Assembly (NCBI GenBank): GCA_016931055.1
Contig: JAFGFL010000055.1
Location: 5,773-69,772, forward strand
DNA from: Candidatus Omnitrophota bacterium
GTDB lineage: Bacteria; Omnitrophota; Gorgyraeia; Zapsychrales; Zapsychraceae
Direction: 5' to 3'
Length of the DNA: 64,000 nt
The position numbers and the translations under genes are program-made. Every line of letters starts with the position of its first letter. Positions within the stretch are counted from its first letter, which is position 1. Below, piece by piece: positions 36,765-46,714 of this stretch. The notes beneath the pieces were generated by a model. The model was given only the letters and a program-made list of their open reading frames with translations. It searched no databases and was not told where the DNA came from.

Positions 36765-37132
36765 TACACCACCTCAGGAGCCAAAGAGACAATTTTCATA
36801 TATTCCATGTTTCTCAATTCACGCGCGATCGGCCCAAAAACACGTGTTCCTTTCGGATTTCCCGTCTCATCAATAATCACAATCGCGTTTGTATCGAAAC
36901 GGACATATGTGCCGTCTTGTCTTCGGATCGGCGCCTTGGTCCGAACGATAATAGCCCTCGCCTTGTCCCCCTTTTTGATCGCCGCATCAGGAGCCGATTC
37001 CTTAATATTGACCCGGATAATATCCCCGATCCGTGCGCACCGTCTGCCTTTAGCATGAAGGACTCCGATCATCGAAGCCTTGCGCGCCCCTGAGTTATCC
37101 GCGACATCCAAAACCGTTTTCATATAAATCAT
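36764..37132 (-). CDS. rplN: 50S ribosomal protein L14
   Basis: MI...T.L.VADNSGARK...I.V; 122 aa. Confidence 0.97.
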   Translation of the reverse strand: MIYMKTVLDVADNSGARKASMIGVLHAKGRRCARIGDIIRVNIKESAPDAAIKKGDKARAIIVRTKAPIRRQDGTYVRFDTNAIVIIDETGNPKGTRVFGPIARELRNMEYMKIVSLAPEVV

Positions 37133-37141
37133 AACGACCCC

Positions 37142-37408
37142 TTAATTGTTCTTCACGACTCCCATAATCACCCAGCGCTTATCCTTCGAAAGCGGCCTAG
37201 TTTCCATGATACGGACCACATCGCCTTCCTTCGTTTCATTTTTCTCGTCATGCGCCTTATATTTGGATGCGGAACGAACAACCTTATCATACTTGCCGTG
37301 CTTTGACGCCCATCTGACTTGAACCACACGGGTCTTATTCATTTCGTCGCTGATCACAGTCCCCTGCAAGAATTTCCGCCTATTAACACGCTTTTTTGTT
37401 TCTACCAT
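37142..37408 (-). CDS. rpsQ: 30S ribosomal protein S17
   Basis: L.G.V.SD.M.KT.VV.V.........Y.K......KY.AHDE.N....GD.V.I.ETRPLSK.K.W. Confidence 0.95.
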   Translation of the reverse strand: MVETKKRVNRRKFLQGTVISDEMNKTRVVQVRWASKHGKYDKVVRSASKYKAHDEKNETKEGDVVRIMETRPLSKDKRWVIMGVVKNN

Positions 37409-37449
37409 TTAAGGCCTCTTTCAAATACATTATTAAGATTGGAAACAGT

Positions 37450-37653
37450 CTATTTCTTTGCCTCTGATTCTCGCTCATTCAAGATCGTAAGAATCCGGGC
37501 AATATCCCGCTTCAACAATCTGAAACGATCCGGCTTCTCAACATTTCCCATCTTTCGTTGATAATTAAGGTCAAAAAGTTCTTTTTTGAAAGCCTTCTGT
37601 TTTTGAAGCAATTCTTCAGAACTCAATCCTCTTAACTCGCTTGGTTTCATCAC
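37450..37653 (-). CDS. rpmC: 50S ribosomal protein L29
   Basis: MK..ELR.LS.EEL......K.ELF.L..Q...G; 67 aa. Confidence 0.93.
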   Translation of the reverse strand: MMKPSELRGLSSEELLQKQKAFKKELFDLNYQRKMGNVEKPDRFRLLKRDIARILTILNERESEAKK

Positions 37654-37664
37654 AATCCCTTAAC

Positions 37665-38087
37665 TTAATGACTTGCAATTGCCCTTGAAATAAATCTCGT
37701 CTTTAACGGCAATTTAAAAGAAACAAGCCGAAGAACGATTTTTGCGAAATCTTCGGGAACGCCGCTCAATTCAAAGACCACTTTTCCACGTTTAACGACA
37801 GCCACCCAATGGTCAAGATCGCCTTTTCCCTTTCCCATACGGGTTTCAGCCGGTTTCTTGGTAACAGGTTTATGAGGGAAAATATTAATCCAAAACTTGC
37901 CAGCCCCCTTCAGCTTGCGAGCCACAACAACCCTGCACGCTTCAATATGGTTTGACTTGATAAGACCGTTCTCGATGGCCTTAAGCCCATATTCCCCAAA
38001 TTGCACCCTGTTTCCGGATGAAGAGATACCCCGCGTTTTCCCTTTTTGAACTTTACGATATTTTACTTTTTTTGGTAATAATCCCAT
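37665..38087 (-). CDS. rplP: 50S ribosomal protein L16
   Basis: LPKKVKYRK.QKG...G......V.FGEYGL.A.E...I....IEA.R. Confidence 0.96.
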   Translation of the reverse strand: MGLLPKKVKYRKVQKGKTRGISSSGNRVQFGEYGLKAIENGLIKSNHIEACRVVVARKLKGAGKFWINIFPHKPVTKKPAETRMGKGKGDLDHWVAVVKRGKVVFELSGVPEDFAKIVLRLVSFKLPLKTRFISRAIASH

Positions 38088-38116
38088 CTTTCCTATCCTT
38101 CACGAAAGACTATTGC

Positions 38117-38785
38117 CTACCGCGCTTTTGGGCTTAATTTATCCTGTCTCTTGATTTCCTTAATAATTTCCCCTTTGTTAACCCAAACCTTAATCCCAAG
38201 AACGCCATAGGTTGTTTTGGCTTCAGCGAATCCGTAGTCAATTTTGGCGCGAAATGTATGCAGAGGAAGTTTCCCAACCTTATACGACTCTGTACGGGCA
38301 ATTTCAACACCGTTTAAGCGCCCCGCACAACGAATTTTAATTCCTTCGACACCCGCTGTCATGGCTTGGTCAATAGCCCTTTTCATGGCTCGACGAAACG
38401 CAATACGTTTTTCAAGCTGGAAAGCAACATTTTGAGCAATAAGCTGAGCCTCCGTTGAAGGGTTCTTAATTTCTCGCGGGTCAATCGCAATTTCCTTTGA
38501 CGATATCTTGCCCAGTTCTTCTCTTAAACGTTCAATATCCGCGCCGCGGCGCCCAATGATAACCCCGGGACGCGCGGTATGAATAACAATCTTTGTTTTA
38601 TCCGCAAGCCGTTCAATGACCACCTTTGCGACAGAAGCTAGTTTAAACCGTTCCTTGATAAAACTCCTGATTTTTTGGTCTTCAATCACGTTTCGAGCGT
38701 ATTCGTTCTTATCGGCATACCAAAGACTGCGCCAATCTTCGATATATCCTATTCTCAGAGCTAGCGGACTGACTTTTTGACCCAC
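38117..38785 (-). CDS. rpsC: 30S ribosomal protein S3
   Basis: Canonical N-terminus (V->M)GQKVSPLALRIG, starting at the GTG at 38785 and preceded by GGGAGA 7 nt upstream. Alternative upstream starts (ATG 38803, GTG 38815) cannot be excluded. KH domain and C-terminal domain are present. Confidence 0.93.
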   Translation of the reverse strand: MGQKVSPLALRIGYIEDWRSLWYADKNEYARNVIEDQKIRSFIKERFKLASVAKVVIERLADKTKIVIHTARPGVIIGRRGADIERLREELGKISSKEIAIDPREIKNPSTEAQLIAQNVAFQLEKRIAFRRAMKRAIDQAMTAGVEGIKIRCAGRLNGVEIARTESYKVGKLPLHTFRAKIDYGFAEAKTTYGVLGIKVWVNKGEIIKEIKRQDKLSPKAR

Positions 38786-38845
38786 GAAAAATTCTCCCGT
38801 CATTTTTTCTGTCACTTTTCAACCCTATTGAAAAATGACGAGGCT

Positions 38846-38871
38846 CGCCCCGAACCACACGGTTCGGGGCG
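38846..38871 (-). other. Perfect 11-bp G+C-rich hairpin directly downstream of the rplV stop codon
   Basis: Transcript strand CGCCCCGAACC-GUGU-GGUUCGGGGCG, starting 3 nt after the UAA at 38877-38875. No immediate U-tract. Confidence 0.6.
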
Positions 38872-38874
38872 GCC

Positions 38875-39216
38875 TTATTTAGTTATCAAATCTAATTCAA
38901 TGGTTAAATGAGTTGTTTTCTTCAAAATAGGCGTTGCGCGTCCGAAAGCTGCAGGCCGATACCTTCGCCAACTCGGCCCCTGCTCCGCCAAGACTTTGGA
39001 AATGTATAATTGATCTTCCGAAAGGCCTTTTTGTTTGGCATTGTTAACGGCAGAATCCAAAACCTTCGTAATTAAACCTTTGGATCCTTTATTCACATGC
39101 GTCAAAATGGCTAAAGATGTGCTGACATCTTTCCCACGAATAAGATCAATGACCTGTCTTACTTTCGTAGGAGAAACGCGCATGTATCTAGCTTTAGCTC
39201 GTGCAATCATAATCAC
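38875..39216 (-). CDS. rplV: 50S ribosomal protein L22
   Basis: A.ARY.RVSP.K.RQV.DLIRGK.V..A..IL. Confidence 0.95.
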   Translation of the reverse strand: MIMIARAKARYMRVSPTKVRQVIDLIRGKDVSTSLAILTHVNKGSKGLITKVLDSAVNNAKQKGLSEDQLYISKVLAEQGPSWRRYRPAAFGRATPILKKTTHLTIELDLITK

Positions 39217-39229
39217 ATTCCATGAGAAA

Positions 39230-39517
39230 TTATGTTTTGTCTTCAGCCTTCTTCGCTTTTACGCCGCCGTGCTTCCGGAATATTCTCGAAGGGGCAAACT
39301 CCCCGAATTTGTATCCAACCATATTTTCCGTAATAAAAATCGGGACGTGTTTTCGCCCATCATGGATGGAAACCGTGTATCCAACAAACTCGGGTGTGAT
39401 CGTTGAACGCCGTGACCATGTCTTGATCGGCTGCCTCTGCCCGGAATCAACAGCTTTTTTGAATTTCTTCGCCAAGGATTCTTCAACATAAGGACCTTTT
39501 TTGACTGAACGTGTCAT
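39230..39517 (-). CDS. rpsS: 30S ribosomal protein S19
   Basis: [11 protein letters not shown]...L..K........I.TWSR.STI.PEFVG.T..IH.G.KH.P.....MVG.K.GEFAP.R. The start was trimmed to the ATG at 39517, just past the rplB stop. Confidence 0.96.
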   Translation of the reverse strand: MTRSVKKGPYVEESLAKKFKKAVDSGQRQPIKTWSRRSTITPEFVGYTVSIHDGRKHVPIFITENMVGYKFGEFAPSRIFRKHGGVKAKKAEDKT

Positions 39518-39518
39518 C

Positions 39519-40358
39519 CTATTTCGCCCCTCTTCTTCTAACAATAGAATTATTCGAATACTTTCTCTTTTTCCGAGTCTTTAATCCCTTGGTCTTCTTT
39601 CCCCAAGGGGTAACGGGATGTGGCGCTCCCTGCGGGGCTTTCCCCTCACCCCCACCATGAGGGTGGTCTACAGGGTTCATGGCTACCCCCCGGACAGCAC
39701 CGCTGCGACCCAGCCAACGCATCCTGCCAGCCTTTCCTAAAGAACGGCTCTCGTGTTCAACGTTCCCGATTTGCCCAATCGTGGCGCGGCAATTAATCGC
39801 AATCTTACGGACTTCGCTTGACGGCATTCGGACAAAAGCCACATCGCCTTCTTTGGCCATAATCTGAGCGGATGTGCCTGCCGAACGGACAATCTTACCC
39901 CCCCGGCCAGGCTTAAGCTCAATATTATGAACAGCCGCCCCCAGCGGGATCCTGCTTAACGGCATACAATTGCCCGGTTTCATTTCAACCTCTTTATCGA
40001 CCGTACTCACAATTTTCTGACCCGGGTTCAAATCAAGAGGCGCGAGAATATAAGCCTTATCACCATTCGAATACTGGATGAGCGCGATCCGAGCCGATCG
40101 ATTGGGATCGTATTCAATCCCTATGACTTCAGCCAGATCATCAATACGGTCACGTTTAAAATCGATGACGCGATAACGGCGCTTATGCCCGCCGCTGCGG
40201 TATCGTGCCGTGATCCGTCCGTAGACGTTACGACCACCTGATTTCTTTAAAGGCCTCAACAAAGATTTTTCAGGGGTTGATTTTGTAACTTCAGCAAAAT
40301 CAGAGATCACTGTAAATCTTAAAGAACTCGTTGTTGGTTTGAATCGTTTCATCCCCAC
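39519..40358 (-). CDS. rplB: 50S ribosomal protein L2
   Basis: 279 aa. GGRN..GRIT.R.RGGGHKR.YR.IDF.R; HPHGGGEG. Confidence 0.97.
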   Translation of the reverse strand: MGMKRFKPTTSSLRFTVISDFAEVTKSTPEKSLLRPLKKSGGRNVYGRITARYRSGGHKRRYRVIDFKRDRIDDLAEVIGIEYDPNRSARIALIQYSNGDKAYILAPLDLNPGQKIVSTVDKEVEMKPGNCMPLSRIPLGAAVHNIELKPGRGGKIVRSAGTSAQIMAKEGDVAFVRMPSSEVRKIAINCRATIGQIGNVEHESRSLGKAGRMRWLGRSGAVRGVAMNPVDHPHGGGEGKAPQGAPHPVTPWGKKTKGLKTRKKRKYSNNSIVRRRGAK

Positions 40359-40360
40359 GA

Positions 40361-40639
40361 TCAGGTCACCTCAATTTTATGCCCCTCTTTAAGGGTAACG
40401 ATCGCCTTCTTCCACGGAGTCGTCCTGCCCAGCTCCTGGCGAACGCGTTTGTATTTTCCCGTCACAATGCACGTATTCACATCCTGAACTTTCACCTTAT
40501 AAATTTCCTCGATCGCCTTTTTAATCTCGATCTTATTGACATTCTTGGCAACCTGAAAAAGGTATTTCCGTCCGGGCTCAAGGCGCGTTCCTTTCTCCGT
40601 CCTGACGATCGTTTTAATGATATCGTAACAAGTAATCAC
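40361..40639 (-). CDS. rplW: 50S ribosomal protein L23
   Basis: 92 aa. I..P..TEK........Y.F.V....NK.EIK.A.E..Y.VKV..VNT. Confidence 0.93.
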   Translation of the reverse strand: MITCYDIIKTIVRTEKGTRLEPGRKYLFQVAKNVNKIEIKKAIEEIYKVKVQDVNTCIVTGKYKRVRQELGRTTPWKKAIVTLKEGHKIEVT

Positions 40640-41262
40640 TTCTTGACTCTCTCTATTAAATGGTGTAACGCTGTTTTTGTCACTAAAAGTTTCTTGTTGC
40701 GCATAATATCATAAGCATTGACATCCTGCGCGCGCATGATATGAAATGACGGGATGTTGCGCGAAGTCCTGACCACGCTTTCATCACTTCCGTCTAATAT
40801 AGCTAGGGTTTTCCCTTTAACGTCCAATTTGTTCAATAATTGCGAGAATTCTTTGGTCTTGCTGAAACCGTCTTTGATATCAGCAATGCAATGCAAATTA
40901 TTGCTTTGAGATTTCACCTTCAGACTTTCCCTCAATGCCGCCGTTTTGATCCTTTTGGGAAGCGTGTAGCCAAAATCACGCGGATGAGGGCCAAAGATAA
41001 TTCCGCCGTGATGCCATAATGGCGAGCGGATAGAACCAGCACGCGCTTGGCCCGTTCCCTTCTGGCGAAAAGGCTTCTTGCCCCCCCCGGAAACATCGGC
41101 CCTCTCTTTTGTCGAGACGTTACCCTGCCGCAACGTCGCCTGATACATCACGATAGCTTGGTGGATAACATCCGTATTAAGATGGCCCCCAAAAACTTCT
41201 TCCGGAAGATCAATCTTTTCTACTTCGTTCCCTTTTTTATCTAAAACAGGTAATTTTTTCAC
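40636..41262 (-). CDS. rplD: 50S ribosomal protein L4
   Basis: 208 aa. R.G..STK.R..V.GGGKKP.RQKGTG.AR.GS.RSP....GG..FGP.PR. Confidence 0.96.
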   Translation of the reverse strand: MKKLPVLDKKGNEVEKIDLPEEVFGGHLNTDVIHQAIVMYQATLRQGNVSTKERADVSGGGKKPFRQKGTGQARAGSIRSPLWHHGGIIFGPHPRDFGYTLPKRIKTAALRESLKVKSQSNNLHCIADIKDGFSKTKEFSQLLNKLDVKGKTLAILDGSDESVVRTSRNIPSFHIMRAQDVNAYDIMRNKKLLVTKTALHHLIERVKK

Positions 41263-41263
41263 G

Positions 41264-41971
41264 TTACGTCTTGCCTTTTGCTTTCGCTTTGCTTTGTTTC
41301 ATCGGATTAACCTTCTTCAGAACAAACGGCTTCACCGTAGTCAGGTCTTTCCAGGCCTTCTTCTGGGAACGGTTAATGGTCAAAAACGAATTTTGATGCC
41401 CGGGAACCGCCCCCTTAATCAAGATTGTATTATGTTCGGCATCAACGTCCATGATACATAAACCCTGAACAGTCACCCTGCTGGAGCCCATATGTCCCGG
41501 CATGTTGGTCCCTTTAAGCGTTCTTGAAGGATCCGCGCTGGCCCCGATAGACCCAATGCGCCGGTGATGCATGGATCCATGCGCCGCGGGCCCTCCGCTC
41601 CAATGCCACCTTTTCATGCCGCCTTGGAATCCTTTGCCGATCGAAACTCCCGTCACATCAACAAAATCACCCGGTTTGAAAAAATCGGCCTTGATTTCCT
41701 GTCCGACTTTATATTCCGCATTGTTTGTCGATCGGAATTCCTTGATGACGCGCACCGGAGATACCCCAATTTTCTTAAAGAAACCCTGCTGTGCTTTGCT
41801 GACTTGTGATTCTTTCTGTTCTCCAAAGCCTAGTTTTACTTTATCCGGAGACTCTTTGACTTCAAGAACAGTGCATGGGCCAGCCTCAACAACAGTTACG
41901 GGAACAATATTCCCACCCTTGTCAAAGATCTGGGTCATGCCAAGTTTTTTTCCAAGTAAGCCTTTTATCAT
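41264..41971 (-). CDS. rplC: 50S ribosomal protein L3
   Basis: GLLGKK.GMTQIF...G...PVTV.E.GPC.V; GKGFQG.MKRW.F.GGPA.HGS..HR..GSIG. Confidence 0.97.
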   Translation of the reverse strand: MIKGLLGKKLGMTQIFDKGGNIVPVTVVEAGPCTVLEVKESPDKVKLGFGEQKESQVSKAQQGFFKKIGVSPVRVIKEFRSTNNAEYKVGQEIKADFFKPGDFVDVTGVSIGKGFQGGMKRWHWSGGPAAHGSMHHRRIGSIGASADPSRTLKGTNMPGHMGSSRVTVQGLCIMDVDAEHNTILIKGAVPGHQNSFLTINRSQKKAWKDLTTVKPFVLKKVNPMKQSKAKAKGKT

Positions 41972-41994
41972 TGTCTTACCTTTAATGAAATGAC

Positions 41995-42297
41995 CTACTG
42001 CTTGATCTCAACATCGACACCAGCAGGCAGGTTCAGTTTTCTCAAAGCTTCAACCGTTTTGGCTGTCGGCTCAATGAGGTCAATAAGCCGTTTATGCGTT
42101 GCCAACCCGAACTGCTCTCTGGACTTCTTATCAATCACAGGAGACCTCAGCACGGTATACAATTCCTTTTTAGTCGGTAACGGTACCGGACCGGAAACTT
42201 TGGCCCCGGTGCGTATGGCCGTATCAAGGATTTCCTGAGCAGACTGATCAATCAGCCTATGGTCAAATGCTTTTAGTTTTATCCGTATTTTTTGCAT
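41995..42297 (-). CDS. rpsJ: 30S ribosomal protein S10
   Basis: [23 protein letters not shown]......TGA.VSGP.PLPT. The start was trimmed to the ATG at 42297. Confidence 0.96.
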   Translation of the reverse strand: MQKIRIKLKAFDHRLIDQSAQEILDTAIRTGAKVSGPVPLPTKKELYTVLRSPVIDKKSREQFGLATHKRLIDLIEPTAKTVEALRKLNLPAGVDVEIKQ

Positions 42298-42442
42298 ATA
42301 TGTTAATCGTTTATTCGAGCCACAACCCAACTTGTCTTTTGGGATGAAAGATTCGTTGGGAGTACCCTTGTCTCATCACATGTTCAAAGACGATAAAACA
42401 AGGACAGCAGTTTATCCGCTTCCCGAAAGAAGGAATTTGGTC

Positions 42443-43636
<1,194 letters not shown>

Positions 43637-43677
43637 AATATTCCTCCCTTTTCTGAATATCTTGGATTCTTTATACT

Positions 43678-45780
43678 CTAATTCCGTTTACTTGTTTCTT
43701 GTTCTTCTCGTGCACCAATTATTTTATCGACTATATATGCAGGAACTTCGTCATAATACGACGGTTCCATTGAGAATGTGGCGCGGCCTTGAGTCAAAGA
43801 ACGGATCGCATTGACATAGTTAAACATCTCTGCCAATGGGACATCGCATCGCGCCGTTTTCAGGTTTCCGCGGCTTCCCAAATTAACGATCTTGGCCCGC
43901 CGTTGATTAAGATCACCCAGGACCGCTCCCATAAAGGCTTCCGGTGAAATCACTTCAATATCCATGATCGGTTCAAGAAACACTGATTTTCCCTTATTTA
44001 AGGCCTCCCGTAAAGCATTTTTTGCGGCTAATTGAAAAGCCAATTCGCTTGAGTCAACCTCATGATAGGACCCGTCAACCAATGTTACCGTGAAATCAAC
44101 AACCGGATAACCAGCTAAAACTCCGTTTAAGGCCGCCTCGCGAATCCCTTTCTCAATGGGTTTAATGTATTCCTTCGGGATCGCACCACCTCTGATCTTA
44201 TTGATAAAAACGATCCCTTTTCCTTTTTCTTCAGCAGGCTCCGCATCAATGACCACATGCCCATACTGACCGCGCCCACCGCTCTGTGCGATATGTTTTC
44301 CGACAACACCGGTAACCTTTCGCGTCAAGGTTTCCTTGTACGCGACTTCGGGACGGCCAACCTGCGTTTCCAAACCAAACTCGCGTTTCATACGGTCAAT
44401 AATAATTTCCAAATGAAGCTCTCCCATACCTGAGATAATCGTCTGCGCTGTTTCCTGATCATATTCCACCTTCAGCGATGGATCTTCATCAAGAAATTTT
44501 CTCATTGTCAACCCTAACTTATCTTGATCCGCCTTTGTTTTCGGCTCGATCGACATGGACACAACCGGCTCAGGGATCCGCATGTTCTCGATCAGGATTT
44601 TATGATCAAGGGCGCAAAGAGTGTTCCCCGATTTGCTTTCTTTCAGTCCCACGAGCGCAATAATCTCCCCTACTTCAGCTTGATCGACAATTTCCTGCTT
44701 GTTAGAATGCATCACAACAATCTTCGCTATACGTTCTTTAACCCGCTCGGACGCATTGTAAACCTGCGAGCCTTGTTTAAGCGTCCCTGAATAAATCCGC
44801 GTATAAAACAATTTCCCAACGTAAGGATCCGTCGCCACCTTAAAAATTAAAGCGCTGAATGGAGCCTTTGGTGAAACCTCGCGCGTGATTGTTTTTTTCG
44901 TATCGGGATTAATGCCAGAAACAGGAGGGACATCTAAAGGGGAAGGCAGATAATCGGCGACGGCATCTAAAAGCATCTGGACACCTTTATTCTTCAGCGA
45001 AGATCCGCAGAGAACGGGAAGGAATTCATTGCTGACAACGCCTCGGCGGATTGCTTTTTTAATATCATCAACGGAGATCTCCTGTTCTTCCAAATATTTC
45101 ACAGCAATAGTATCGTCAATATCCGCCAGCCGTTCGATCAAGATGTTCCGCAATTCCTCCGTTTTCGCCTTGAATTCTTCGGGAATAACCGTGTCTTCAA
45201 TCTCGTTTCCAAGGTCATCCTTGAAGATCCGATATTTCCGGTGGACGATATCAACAATCGCATGAAATTTATCTTCAGATGCATTTGGGAATTGGATGGC
45301 CGCCGCGTTAGCCCCGAGCCTTTCATGAATTTCACCTAAAACACGTTCGAAATTCGCACCTAACCGGTCCAGTTTATTGATAAAGGCAATACGCGGCACA
45401 TGATACCGGTCAGCCTGGCGCCAAACCGTTTCTGTCTGAGATTGTACGCCACTCGTGGCGCATAAGACAATAACAGCCCCGTCCAAAACTTTCAAAGACC
45501 GCTCCACTTCCATCGTAAAATCCACATGGCCCGGGGTGTCGATGATATTGATTTTCTTATGGTTCCAATAACATGTCGTATTTGCCGCTGTAATCGTAAT
45601 GCCTCTTTCCTGCTCTTGCTCCATCCAATCCATGGTCGTATTACCGTCATCGACTGTCCCCATTTTATGGATCACGCCGGCATAATAAAGGATGCGCTCC
45701 GTCGTTGTCGTCTTACCGGCATCGATGTGCGCAATAATCCCAATATTACGAACGTCCTGTAATGGTATCTCTTCTGTCAT
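43678..45780 (-). CDS. fusA: Elongation factor G
   Basis: Homology starts at [33 protein letters not shown]. The ATG at 45780 was verified in sequence. The 46 residues upstream in the track ORF are read-through of the rpsG-fusA spacer. Confidence 0.97.
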   Translation of the reverse strand: MTEEIPLQDVRNIGIIAHIDAGKTTTTERILYYAGVIHKMGTVDDGNTTMDWMEQEQERGITITAANTTCYWNHKKINIIDTPGHVDFTMEVERSLKVLDGAVIVLCATSGVQSQTETVWRQADRYHVPRIAFINKLDRLGANFERVLGEIHERLGANAAAIQFPNASEDKFHAIVDIVHRKYRIFKDDLGNEIEDTVIPEEFKAKTEELRNILIERLADIDDTIAVKYLEEQEISVDDIKKAIRRGVVSNEFLPVLCGSSLKNKGVQMLLDAVADYLPSPLDVPPVSGINPDTKKTITREVSPKAPFSALIFKVATDPYVGKLFYTRIYSGTLKQGSQVYNASERVKERIAKIVVMHSNKQEIVDQAEVGEIIALVGLKESKSGNTLCALDHKILIENMRIPEPVVSMSIEPKTKADQDKLGLTMRKFLDEDPSLKVEYDQETAQTIISGMGELHLEIIIDRMKREFGLETQVGRPEVAYKETLTRKVTGVVGKHIAQSGGRGQYGHVVIDAEPAEEKGKGIVFINKIRGGAIPKEYIKPIEKGIREAALNGVLAGYPVVDFTVTLVDGSYHEVDSSELAFQLAAKNALREALNKGKSVFLEPIMDIEVISPEAFMGAVLGDLNQRRAKIVNLGSRGNLKTARCDVPLAEMFNYVNAIRSLTQGRATFSMEPSYYDEVPAYIVDKIIGAREEQETSKRN

Positions 45781-45859
45781 CAGACTGCTTAACCTCTCGT
45801 ACTTGTGTGAATGGCTGTATAACTTCGGTTCTTCATATGAAGTGCATACAGCCATCGGA

Positions 45860-46336
45860 TTACCACCGTAAATGTGAAAATGCTTTGTTTGATTCGGCCA
45901 TCTTGTGCGTGTCATCACGCTTCTTCACAGCCGCGCCCTCACCCTTAAATGCCGCCAAAAGCTCATCTGCCAGCTTGTTCTTCATCTGTTTTCCCTTTTT
46001 CTTGCGGGCGAAATCCCTAATCCATCGCATCGCTAAAGAATTGCCCCGGGCAATCGGAACTTCAACGGGAACTTGATATGTCGCCCCGCCCAACCTCCTG
46101 GCCTTCACCTCCAGCCTTGGTCGCACATTATCGATAGCCTTATTAAAGAGTTTGGATCCATCCATTCCGTCTTGTTGCGCCTTTTGTTCAAAGATTTCCA
46201 ATGCGCCATAAACAATATTTTCCGCAATCGTCTTTTTCCCGTTTAACATCAGATTGTTAATGAATTTAGCCAAAAGACGATTCCCATATTTGGGATCTGC
46301 AACTGGTTCTTTTTGTTCCGCCTTACGCCTTCTCAT
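45860..46336 (-). CDS. rpsG: 30S ribosomal protein S7
   Basis: 158 aa. PD.KY......KFIN.LM..GKK..AE.I.Y.A; C-terminal AHLRW-type ending (FSHLRW). Confidence 0.97.
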   Translation of the reverse strand: MRRRKAEQKEPVADPKYGNRLLAKFINNLMLNGKKTIAENIVYGALEIFEQKAQQDGMDGSKLFNKAIDNVRPRLEVKARRLGGATYQVPVEVPIARGNSLAMRWIRDFARKKKGKQMKNKLADELLAAFKGEGAAVKKRDDTHKMAESNKAFSHLRW

Positions 46337-46342
46337 GATTTA

Positions 46343-46714
46343 TTACCCTTCTCTTTTCGCTCCGTACTTTGAGCGCGATTTTTTTCTTTTTCCAACTCCA
46401 GCCGTATCCAAGGTCCCGCGGACAATATGATAACGGACGCCAGGCAGGTCCTTCACGCGACCCCCTCGCACCAAAACAATCGAGTGCTCCTGTAGGTTGT
46501 GCCCTTCGCCAGGGATGTAAGACGTTACCTCAAATTTATTCGATAACCGGACCCTGGCGATCTTGCGTAACGCCGAATTCGGCTTCTTCGGCGTCATCGT
46601 TTTCACCTGAAGGCAAACTCCTCTGCGAAACGGAGAGTTCAACAAAGCCGGTGATTTACTCTTCTTTTTTTTCTGCGTCCGGCTCTTTCTGATTAACTGT
46701 TGTATCGTCGGCAT
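46343..46714 (-). CDS. rpsL: 30S ribosomal protein S12
   Basis: [44 protein letters not shown]. Confidence 0.98.
   Translation of the reverse strand: MPTIQQLIRKSRTQKKKKSKSPALLNSPFRRGVCLQVKTMTPKKPNSALRKIARVRLSNKFEVTSYIPGEGHNLQEHSIVLVRGGRVKDLPGVRYHIVRGTLDTAGVGKRKKSRSKYGAKREG

Noticed and set aside
45781-45918. A 46-residue N-terminal extension of EF-G in the track ORF (43678..45918). Similar upstream extensions appear for rpoC (to 50897), rplE (to 36658), rplA (to 56066), secE (to 57228), tyrS (to 58985), rpsJ (to 42330), rpsS (to 39544), rpsM (to 29864), aroQ, Trm112, pfk and HD-GYP.
   Set aside because: These extensions have no homology to the respective families and overlap the upstream gene or a tRNA. 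In each case a canonical start codon sits exactly where family N-termini begin, usually 1-4 nt after the upstream stop. They are in-frame read-through of spacers or neighbouring genes, not novel domains.
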